Virus record (IMG/VR): IMGVR_UViG_3300037189_011323
Coordinates: 62,001-117,100 of that record
Strand: one strand, 5' to 3'
Source: an uncultured virus (IMG/VR IMGVR_UViG_3300037189_011323)
Lineage: Duplodnaviria > Heunggongvirae > Uroviricota > Caudoviricetes
DNA length: 55,100 nt
Shown here: positions 9,044 through 16,421 of the stretch, in pieces
Position numbering within the stretch: position 1 is the stretch's first letter
Layout: the number at the start of each line of letters is the position of its first letter
Translations under genes and position numbers: made by a program
The notes under the pieces: generated by a model
Told to the model about the DNA's origin: nothing
The model's input: the letters and a program-made list of their open reading frames with translations, nothing else
The model's database searches: none

Positions 9044-9089
9044 TTCTCCATCAATTATGCTATAATATCATATAATTATGCCTTGTCAA
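9044..9089 (-). promoter_or_regulatory. early promoter plus leader copy 3
   Basis: TTGACA (9084-9089), 16 bp, TATTAT (9062-9067); leader ttctccatcaatt. Confidence 0.7.
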
Positions 9090-9487
9090 GACATATTTTG
9101 GATGGCTTGGCTTAAATTATTGTCACAGAGTGCTAACATCATGCTTAATTCACTATCCATAAGGAATAATTCACCCTTGCTCATTTGGTAAAACCACGGA
9201 TGATTATGGTAACGATCCATTAGAACAAGTTCTTTACCATTGATTTGATATTTTTGCCTATCAATATGATGTTCATAGAATTTATATCCATAACTGCGCA
9301 ATAGTTCAAGGGCAGTATTGTTGAGCCTAAATCCAAAATTTTTATTATTATTATACCAATAAAGAATAAAAATATTTTTTTGATTTATGTGAGGAATAGG
9401 CGCATCTTGTCCATGTGACAAATGATATAATTCGTGTGTCCAATCAATTTTGGATTTATTATTTTGTTGGGTAAACGATTGGGCCAC
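9086..9487 (-). CDS. hypothetical protein
   Basis: 133-aa ORF in operon context. Confidence 0.65.
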   Translation of the reverse strand: MAQSFTQQNNKSKIDWTHELYHLSHGQDAPIPHINQKNIFILYWYNNNKNFGFRLNNTALELLRSYGYKFYEHHIDRQKYQINGKELVLMDRYHNHPWFYQMSKGELFLMDSELSMMLALCDNNLSQAIQNMS

Positions 9488-9752
9488 TATTGAGCAATAC
9501 TACGCTAAAACGATTTGTTTTAAATTGTGCATTAAGTTTCTTGCAAAGATTAATAGCATGACCAGGATTGCTAAAACTACTTTTTTTATATTTTGGTCCA
9601 CTATACTGTGCCAACATGCTTGTAGTTTTAAGATTTACTGGTTTATTGTCAAGAAAGATAGCCCAAATACCTTCACTTGCCAGCACTTGTTCTGACTTGT
9701 AAGTTTGCTTATTCGTAATTTCTAATAGTACTTGAGGCTTTGGTCTACTCAT
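9459..9752 (-). CDS. conserved phage hypothetical protein
   Basis: MSRPKP...KYKKSSFSNPGHAINL; TAAATA late motif at 9773-9778. Confidence 0.75.
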   Translation of the reverse strand: MSRPKPQVLLEITNKQTYKSEQVLASEGIWAIFLDNKPVNLKTTSMLAQYSGPKYKKSSFSNPGHAINLCKKLNAQFKTNRFSVVLLNSGPIVYPTK

Positions 9753-9794
9753 AATTGATAATATCTATAGTTTATTTATCGGATCGATTCGATC

Positions 9795-10016
9795 CTAAAA
9801 ATCTTTCCCTATCATTTCTACATTTATAGTATCTGCATTTTCAAGTTTTACTTCTAAATCAGCAATATGATTTTCTAATTGCAGAACATATCCAAGTAAA
9901 TCTACAAGTTCACCTTGGACTTTTCGTATTTCATCATTATCAATAATTTGTTTACCTGCGGCAACAGTTACACGATTATTAAATTCACGGATGTAATGCG
10001 TATTAGGCGGTCTCAC
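9795..10016 (-). CDS. hypothetical coiled-coil protein
   Basis: Overlaps upstream gene; heptad-like C-terminal half. Confidence 0.6.
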   Translation of the reverse strand: MRPPNTHYIREFNNRVTVAAGKQIIDNDEIRKVQGELVDLLGYVLQLENHIADLEVKLENADTINVEMIGKDF

Positions 10017-10479
10017 TATTACAAATCCTTAAACGTTCTTGCTGTTCCAATTTGGTCTTAAATGGACCTTCATACTCATATCGTTGTAGTGTAATGAGTT
10101 TTGGTGTAAACTCTGGAACAAAAGTTTTATTATATTTTACAATGTAATAACCAGCACAATAATATGAACTGCTCTTATCGTTCTTTGTATAAATTGGAAC
10201 TTTAAGTTTTACATTCCATAAGATATTATGTGGTGTATGATTTGTTGGATAATCATACACCGTATTTTCAACAGTAGGTTTTGTTTCACGACTGCGGCGA
10301 ACAAACTTAATATCTTTGTTTGCAATCATTTCTTGCATGTTTGGAAATACTTCAACACTGTCTTCCATAGTGCAACGAACACCACTTGTGGTTTGCGCAA
10401 TGTTTCCAATGCGCTCACCACGATCATTTTCAATAATCCAAAAGCGGTTTTCTACAATACTCTTTGCTTTAAGACTCAT
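10003..10479 (-). CDS. conserved phage hypothetical protein
   Basis: Start MSLKAK; SYYCAGYY, PKLITLQRY, GPFKT motifs. Confidence 0.75.
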   Translation of the reverse strand: MSLKAKSIVENRFWIIENDRGERIGNIAQTTSGVRCTMEDSVEVFPNMQEMIANKDIKFVRRSRETKPTVENTVYDYPTNHTPHNILWNVKLKVPIYTKNDKSSSYYCAGYYIVKYNKTFVPEFTPKLITLQRYEYEGPFKTKLEQQERLRICNSETA

Positions 10480-10681
10480 TTTTAACACTTCCTTTTACCA
10501 TATCAAGCAATGAATAATATTCACCACGTAATTCAATTACACTTAACCAACCAACGATAGCTACAATACTGATTACAGTTCTGGTAGTATCAGTGCCCCA
10601 ATAGTGGACTGTATCATAAACACAAAGTGTTACAACTGCCCACGGAAGAATATTATCAATAATTTTAATTACTTTATGCAT
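10469..10681 (-). CDS. small membrane protein
   Basis: Two hydrophobic segments; start MHKVIK overlaps RNase H stop. Confidence 0.6.
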   Translation of the reverse strand: MHKVIKIIDNILPWAVVTLCVYDTVHYWGTDTTRTVISIVAIVGWLSVIELRGEYYSLLDMVKGSVKNES

Positions 10682-11672
10682 AGGATTGCTCCATAAGAGG
10701 TTTAGCCAAAATATCGGCAATGGGTTGCACATTTTCACTTAACTTGACAAGTTCCCACTTACTACAAAACTTAATAAGATGGGTGCCAATTTGACGATTG
10801 CTCTTGGGCTTTACTTGCATAAGTTCAGCATCAATAGCATCACGTATATCCTGTGGCTGTGCAGTTAAATCCACAAGAACACGATTTTCTTCATAACGGT
10901 CAAGCACACGATGTTCTACACCTTCATGGTCAGTCCAACGTTGTAACATCATATTATTCCATGCCCAACCACGTTTATCACGGTCAGCAAATGCTTCTAC
11001 AAGACCAACTTTTTTAGCACTGCCTTTGGTGCGAACACCAGGATATGCAGTCATAATGTTATCAGTTGGGTCACCACGCATACATTTTTCAAACAACACA
11101 AACTTTGGATCACCAACAGTCTTGTGTTCTTTGGTTTTATTATCAACAACTGGTTTACCATTATCATCAAAATATCCATCAGTTGTAATATAATGGTTAA
11201 CTAAACCATTGTAAATGCTGACGTTTTTTTCAAGTAATTGATGAAAGTCACTGTCATTGCTTAAGATGATGTGTTCATCTTGCGGATGTAATGCAATCCA
11301 ACGTGCAATAATATCATCTGCTTCTGCACGTTCAACTCTAATAACACTACAGTTTGTCTTTTCATTTACCCATGAGGTAAAATCGCCATAGGCTTTCCAA
11401 AACTCTGCATCTTCTTCTGCTTCACGTACTGTCATTTTACCCTTAATAACTGCACGGTTTGCTTTGTATGTGAGTTTATGATCCTTACGCCAACTACGAG
11501 CCTCAAGTGCAAAAATAACATGGTCAGGCTTGTGCAAACGATTTACCTTTTGGATCACATTAAACATAATGTGCAAGGCAAGCCCAATCTTTTGCCACGT
11601 ATCAGTTCCACGATTGGTGGAATGACGTGCACGTGCAAACAGGTTAGCTGTATCTACAAGAAGATATTTCAT
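10674..11672 (-). CDS. rnh: T4 RNase H-like 5'-3' exonuclease / flap endonuclease
   Basis: LLVDTAN, YKANR, EADDII, SNDSDFHQL, GDPTDNI. Confidence 0.88.
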   Translation of the reverse strand: MKYLLVDTANLFARARHSTNRGTDTWQKIGLALHIMFNVIQKVNRLHKPDHVIFALEARSWRKDHKLTYKANRAVIKGKMTVREAEEDAEFWKAYGDFTSWVNEKTNCSVIRVERAEADDIIARWIALHPQDEHIILSNDSDFHQLLEKNVSIYNGLVNHYITTDGYFDDNGKPVVDNKTKEHKTVGDPKFVLFEKCMRGDPTDNIMTAYPGVRTKGSAKKVGLVEAFADRDKRGWAWNNMMLQRWTDHEGVEHRVLDRYEENRVLVDLTAQPQDIRDAIDAELMQVKPKSNRQIGTHLIKFCSKWELVKLSENVQPIADILAKPLMEQSYA

Positions 11673-11681
11673 AATAACCTT

Positions 11682-11710
11682 AATATAATGTATGGACTTT
11701 AATTTGTCAA
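11682..11710 (-). promoter_or_regulatory. sigma70-type promoter
   Basis: TTGACA (11705-11710), 17 bp, TATATT. Confidence 0.6.
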
Positions 11711-11713
11711 GGG

Positions 11714-12145
11714 TTATTTTATTTCAGTGCGACCATCACCAAGATTAGTTCTGGTAACATACCGAGTGTTATCTAAATTGGGGGGATTTTGTTCGTTGGT
11801 GCGTATGATATTACGTGCCACATCATTAAGCCAAGCATCAACAAGGTCTTCGGGATTGATACCACGATAACCATTTTCACGCAGCATTTCAATAAACTCT
11901 GCGTTCCAATCAAGTTCCATACTACCCATACTTGGATTTTTTGGATCAAAGTCAAATCCAAGCACGGATACACGTGGTTCTACTTTTACAGGTTTTTCTT
12001 TTTTTACACGAGGTTTTTTAGGTTTTGGTTCTGGTTTAGTTTTAGTAACGGCTGGTGGTGCGCTTTCTGTTTGCACAGTAGAGGCGTCAGCGGTTTTGTT
12101 ATTTGTATTAGTTAATGTTTCTATAATTTTATTAAAGATTTTCAT
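11714..12145 (-). CDS. conserved phage hypothetical protein
   Basis: Lys/Pro-rich N-terminus, ELDWN motif; ATGA overlap. Confidence 0.7.
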   Translation of the reverse strand: MKIFNKIIETLTNTNNKTADASTVQTESAPPAVTKTKPEPKPKKPRVKKEKPVKVEPRVSVLGFDFDPKNPSMGSMELDWNAEFIEMLRENGYRGINPEDLVDAWLNDVARNIIRTNEQNPPNLDNTRYVTRTNLGDGRTEIK

Positions 12146-12453
12146 TGACACACTGTTTGAAATACTGGACGACCATAAATGTCACGCCCAGCAAAGTAAC
12201 GGTTACATACTGGTTGATAATATGGATCGTAATAAGGTTGCTGTTGATAATATTGTGGTTGGTTCATGCTGTTGAGCATACCACCAATGATAAGACCGCC
12301 AACAAGTCCACCAAATAGAGCAGCACCAGCGTCACCGCCACCGCCACGATAGTATCCGCCACCACCATGATGGTGATGACCGTTCCAATCAGCATAAGAT
12401 ACTGATGGCATTAAAGTAGCAGTTACTAATATAGCAGCAATAATCTTACGCAT
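12142..12453 (-). CDS. secreted Gly/Tyr-rich protein resembling rhizobial BA14K-type proteins
   Basis: Signal peptide MRKIIAAILVTATLMPSVSYA, His/Gly tract, glycine zipper GAALFGGLVGGLIIGG, C-terminal Cys pair; own promoter (TTGACA 12496-12501). Confidence 0.65.
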   Translation of the reverse strand: MRKIIAAILVTATLMPSVSYADWNGHHHHGGGGYYRGGGGDAGAALFGGLVGGLIIGGMLNSMNQPQYYQQQPYYDPYYQPVCNRYFAGRDIYGRPVFQTVCQ

Positions 12454-12504
12454 GGTTTTCTCCATATAACCCTTTATACTACGGTATTTAATATCTGTCA
12501 AGTA

Positions 12505-12738
12505 CTAATTTAGATAAGGACGATGTTTTGCCTCAAATTCTTTTATAAATTTAGCGGCACTTGGATGTAGGACAATTTTCTCATTTTCCAAGTCTTCTGG
12601 CAATTCAGCCCCAAGATATTCATATATTTCACGTGCCTCTACGTATTTTTTACCGTTTTTAGTTTGTTCCTGAATATATTTTAACATAAAATATTCAATT
12701 TCTTCTTGGTCAAGTTCAAGTTCTTCTTGGCTATTCAT
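12505..12738 (-). CDS. hypothetical protein
   Basis: Coupled ORF. Confidence 0.6.
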   Translation of the reverse strand: MNSQEELELDQEEIEYFMLKYIQEQTKNGKKYVEAREIYEYLGAELPEDLENEKIVLHPSAAKFIKEFEAKHRPYLN

Positions 12739-12991
12739 TTGTCACCTGCAATAGTGTTAGGTAGGTTTTCCATGCTTCTTCAAGAGATGGATGCTGTTTT
12801 TGAAGTTCTTTTTGTTTAGCGTAAGAAATGTTAAAAAACGCACTGTCATTAGTTTCTAACAATGCGTTTTCAACCCATTTTTTTATATTATTCCTACGAG
12901 CATCATGAAAATCTTGCCATCCTGCACTATCACGTGGAATAGCCCGTCCAGTATCATACTCAAAATCGTATTCGTATTGAGTGCTGCTCAC
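12731..12991 (-). CDS. hypothetical protein with HPSLEEAWKTYLTLL C-terminal motif
   Basis: Coupled ORF; C-terminal motif shared with two other ORFs in the window. Confidence 0.65.
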   Translation of the reverse strand: MSSTQYEYDFEYDTGRAIPRDSAGWQDFHDARRNNIKKWVENALLETNDSAFFNISYAKQKELQKQHPSLEEAWKTYLTLLQVTNE

Positions 12992-13302
12992 CTGTTACTT
13001 ATCACATATTGCGTAACGATTTCAGTAAGTTCAGCACCAAGAGTTTCTAAACCATCTGGAATTATATAAATCTGATTGTTACAGCGATCCTTAATACGGT
13101 CATATTTGCTAAACTCTACGATATAACCACCATTGTCAGCAAACCATAACTTGAAATCAACATAATCTTTTGATGGATGCGAGTTTCTTGTTTGATTACT
13201 AACTGTCCTTGGTCCATCATTGAGTAAGATGTGTTGTTCTTTCTGTGCCGCATCCCAAGCCCGCTTTGCTTGTTTTTGGAACCACTTATCAAACCACTTC
13301 AT
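12988..13302 (-). CDS. hypothetical protein
   Basis: Coupled ORF; ADNGGYIVEF...YD motif. Confidence 0.7.
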   Translation of the reverse strand: MKWFDKWFQKQAKRAWDAAQKEQHILLNDGPRTVSNQTRNSHPSKDYVDFKLWFADNGGYIVEFSKYDRIKDRCNNQIYIIPDGLETLGAELTEIVTQYVISNR

Positions 13303-13652
13303 TGGAACTGCCTTTCAATGTCATCTTCATCACACGCTTCACCATATTGTGTTTCAATAATAACAAGTGGTTCCTTACCAATATTCACAACTTGATGCCA
13401 ATTACCAACAGGAATTGAAACAGTTTCGCCTGCCTGTAAAATTGTAGTGTGATCATTGTCTTTGGCACCACTATAATTTTTTACAACTCTTGCAACACCA
13501 CTTTGAATTACCCAAAATTCACTGCGCTTGCTATGCTTTTGGTAACTTAAACAATGGCTTGGCTTTACTACAAGTTCTTTTACTTTGACATTGCCAGCGT
13601 CATGCAACACTGTAAAATGTCCCCAAATACGTTCTTCATAATCTTTGCTCAT
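13299..13652 (-). CDS. cupin, mannose-6-phosphate isomerase type II C-terminal-like
   Basis: ERIWG, LSYQKHSKRSEFW, IPVGNWH, IIETQYG, EDDIER. Confidence 0.85.
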   Translation of the reverse strand: MSKDYEERIWGHFTVLHDAGNVKVKELVVKPSHCLSYQKHSKRSEFWVIQSGVARVVKNYSGAKDNDHTTILQAGETVSIPVGNWHQVVNIGKEPLVIIETQYGEACDEDDIERQFQ

Positions 13653-13957
13653 ATTTCTAATCCATCTTTCGGTAAAACTGGTAATTTCATAGCGGCATAA
13701 GTTGCCGCCTCTTTATTTTTAAATTCTATATGAACTTTGCCTAATCCGCAAGTTAAAAATGTAAAATCCACATTATATCTATAACCTGCTTCACCCATTG
13801 CATTGCAGATTATACAAGCGGCTTCTACATCCTGATAGTTTGCATTAAGTGCACCACCCTCTATATAATCACCAGGATCAATCATATATCCGTTTGAAAT
13901 CGGTCTTTGTGTAAGTGATTTACTTGGAAATTCAAGTATTAAACTTTTTCTTGGCAT
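13649..13957 (-). CDS. hypothetical protein
   Basis: Coupled ORF; C-terminus similar to upstream neighbour. Confidence 0.6.
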   Translation of the reverse strand: MPRKSLILEFPSKSLTQRPISNGYMIDPGDYIEGGALNANYQDVEAACIICNAMGEAGYRYNVDFTFLTCGLGKVHIEFKNKEAATYAAMKLPVLPKDGLEI

Positions 13958-14178
13958 TTATATTTCAACGCATAAAAACTACAGTTTGAAGGTTCTGCAA
14001 ACCTGACTTTAATACAATTGCTATTGTCTATTTGTAAAAAAAGATAATCTTGCCCATTTACAAGATTATCTTCATTAAACCACCTTTTTAAAGTATACAT
14101 TGCTGTTTGACGACCTACCCAATTTCTTGGTACTTCAAAAGCTACTTCATTATCTTTTGTAATATATGGCACTGGCAA
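13939..14178 (-). CDS. hypothetical protein
   Basis: TTG or GTG start; similar to downstream neighbour. Confidence 0.55.
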   Translation of the reverse strand: MPVPYITKDNEVAFEVPRNWVGRQTAMYTLKRWFNEDNLVNGQDYLFLQIDNSNCIKVRFAEPSNCSFYALKYKCQEKV

Positions 14179-14455
14179 ATATCCATTAATTACTGGACGC
14201 TTCCGTATACTTTTTCGGTAAACAATTTATCATCAATATCCCAATTATTTGGGATCTTCTCCCCACGCTTTACACGCTCATATTGCGAATAAGCATGCTT
14301 ATCCTTGCGATAAAGTTCTGCCTCATTAAAGACAAAACCATACTCCACACAAAATGCCTTGAACGCCTCAAGGTCATTGAACACACGATTTACATTTTGG
14401 TTCTTAATCATTTGCTATCTTTCTGTTAGCGTTATATGGACTTGCCAGTGCCATA
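14165..14455. repeat. 14-bp perfect inverted repeat flanking the 73-aa ORF
   Basis: tatggcactggcaa 14165-14178 and ttgccagtgccata 14442-14455. Confidence 0.8.
14190..14411 (-). CDS. conserved small phage protein
   Basis: VFNDLEAFKAFCVEYGFVFNEAELY; preceded by promoter TTGACA 14484-14489 / TATATT 14462-14467. Confidence 0.75.
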   Translation of the reverse strand: MIKNQNVNRVFNDLEAFKAFCVEYGFVFNEAELYRKDKHAYSQYERVKRGEKIPNNWDIDDKLFTEKVYGSVQ

Positions 14456-14475
14456 ATTGTCAATATACAGTAAAC

Positions 14476-14814
14476 TTATAGTTTGTCAACTACTTTTTTA
14501 TCTTTATTTTTCAATAACTTATTATAATGGTCAATAGCCGCCTGTATTTTAGGAATATCTTCCTTTTGAACAATTACATCATTCCAAGTTAATTCTGCTC
14601 CAAAAATGTATTTTATAGCAGCCCACACTCTCTTATGAAATGGTTTGTAATTAGAAGCCTGTATTTCAATAAAGAAATCTGGTTTATAAGGCATGCTATC
14701 GCCCCAATCATAAACTTGGATAATAACAGTATGATCAGGAGATTGACATTCACACGAAAGAAATACTTTCAGGTCATTATCATTCTTTACTGATATATCT
14801 TCAATTTTGCTCAT
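14476..14814 (-). CDS. hypothetical protein
   Basis: CECQSPDH and KRVWAAIKYIFG motifs; TAATG coupling. Confidence 0.7.
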   Translation of the reverse strand: MSKIEDISVKNDNDLKVFLSCECQSPDHTVIIQVYDWGDSMPYKPDFFIEIQASNYKPFHKRVWAAIKYIFGAELTWNDVIVQKEDIPKIQAAIDHYNKLLKNKDKKVVDKL

Positions 14815-15545
14815 TATTTTGTCTTTGCTGGTAATAGATATTCATACTTGATAAGACCGCTGTCAACTGTAATCTTGGCTACACCATCATCACTGAATTG
14901 CATTGTCTTATCACCTTGTAGGTTAAGAATTGAAACTACCAAACCTACTGGCCATGCCCAACCCTTTGTAAGAGTTCCAGTTACACCGCTTTGGAATACA
15001 AAGTTACCAGCGTGAGTGGAAGCATCACCAAAATAAAACTTTAAGTCACTGCCTTCTGTTTTTGCAATAAATGCAGGTTCTTCATTATTAGCTTGTGCTT
15101 GAAATTTAAGGCGTTGAATATTACTACCAGTTGGTTCAAAAGTAACACCAAAATTAGCACCACGGAATGTTACAGTCTTCAACTTTTCGTTAATAACTTC
15201 TGTTGTCATAAAACGATAGTCGTTTTTAAAATCACCCTTTGCATTTTCAAAATGAATACCAACTGGTGTTGAAGCACCATTACGAGTTTCACGCTTTAAT
15301 TCAATTGTGGCATCTTTTGCATATTCTGGAATATTAAGAATAGTATTCAATTTTGGCAGATTTGGCATACCAAATACACCAACAAAATCTGCATTCACTT
15401 CGTTGAATGTTGCGTTAAGAATAAGTGTGCGATCTTCGCTAACACTTTGAATTTTAGTTTCTTTATCATCACCTGTAATCTTGATAACATCAATTTTACC
15501 AGTTCCAAGTGTATGATGTACGATATCTGTAAGAAAGTCTTTCAT
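14814..15545 (-). CDS. probable sliding clamp (gp45-like)
   Basis: 243 aa, two-domain alpha/beta pattern ending YEYLLPA; near the polymerase, with clamp loader elsewhere in the window. Confidence 0.6.
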   Translation of the reverse strand: MKDFLTDIVHHTLGTGKIDVIKITGDDKETKIQSVSEDRTLILNATFNEVNADFVGVFGMPNLPKLNTILNIPEYAKDATIELKRETRNGASTPVGIHFENAKGDFKNDYRFMTTEVINEKLKTVTFRGANFGVTFEPTGSNIQRLKFQAQANNEEPAFIAKTEGSDLKFYFGDASTHAGNFVFQSGVTGTLTKGWAWPVGLVVSILNLQGDKTMQFSDDGVAKITVDSGLIKYEYLLPAKTK

Positions 15546-15584
15546 AGATTTTTTCCTTTATGTCATAGAATAACAAATTATTAA

Positions 15585-16421
15585 TTATAAGTCAATTATT
15601 TCTGCAGTACCACCACCAATTTTATATCTTGGTTGTAGTTCACCAGATTTTCTCCATACCATGTAACTACTTTTTAATGGTTTAATTTCAAAATTGTCCA
15701 AAACAAAACCTAACATAGTAAGTTCATTTATTACATGTTGATAATCAATGACGCTTAAATTATTTTCTATATTAGCTTGTTGCGCCCATACTTGGTCATT
15801 AGGTAAAAAATTAAAAACCCAAATACCACCTTCATAAAGCAAATCATAAACTTGTTTGCTTATATCAATAATATAATTTTCGTCAGCCTGTATAAATTCA
15901 CTAAAACAATATACTATCCCAAATGATTTTTGAGGAAGAGATAACATATTATTATCAGGTATTTCATATTTTCTTAAACGACGATTTGCATAAAATGGAT
16001 TGTTTAATGATGCTGCAGCTTCAATGCAAATATCATAATATCTATCTGCGATGTAGAAAGGTTCTGCAGATACACTAAATGGTAGAAATTGTCCACGACC
16101 TGGAAATAATTCTAAAGTAGGAACATTATTTGCGATATATTTTAATAATAAACTTGATAGATTAGTTACATCATATTCATTAAATTTGTTTGAATCAAGA
16201 AAAATTCTTCGTGACTCTAAACTTTGACCTTTCAATTTATTAACATAAACAGTTGTATTGTTTTTTAATATTGTTAAATCTTTTTCCAATCCTATTTCAA
16301 GTTTTTTTATTAATGTATCATATAAATCTGCAACTTCATTAAAGTATGTAGAATAGTTTTGAAAAACTTTTTTTGATTCTTTTAAAGAATTAAGGTGATT
16401 TTGTTTTTCTAATAGGTTCAT
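15585..16421 (-). CDS. class I SAM-dependent methyltransferase-like protein
   Basis: LELFPGRG (motif I-like), FGIVYCF, LLYEGGIWVFNF. Confidence 0.5.
   Translation of the reverse strand: MNLLEKQNHLNSLKESKKVFQNYSTYFNEVADLYDTLIKKLEIGLEKDLTILKNNTTVYVNKLKGQSLESRRIFLDSNKFNEYDVTNLSSLLLKYIANNVPTLELFPGRGQFLPFSVSAEPFYIADRYYDICIEAAASLNNPFYANRRLRKYEIPDNNMLSLPQKSFGIVYCFSEFIQADENYIIDISKQVYDLLYEGGIWVFNFLPNDQVWAQQANIENNLSVIDYQHVINELTMLGFVLDNFEIKPLKSSYMVWRKSGELQPRYKIGGGTAEIIDL

Noticed and set aside
7936..9066. 23-bp repeats as a possible CRISPR array
   Set aside because: Spacing of about 290 and 815 bp with genes in between; the repeats coincide with promoter and RBS regions; no cas genes.
9781..9795. Palindrome ggatcga-t-tcgatcc as a terminator
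   Set aside because: Short stem with a minimal loop and no adjacent minus-strand U tract; function cannot be supported.
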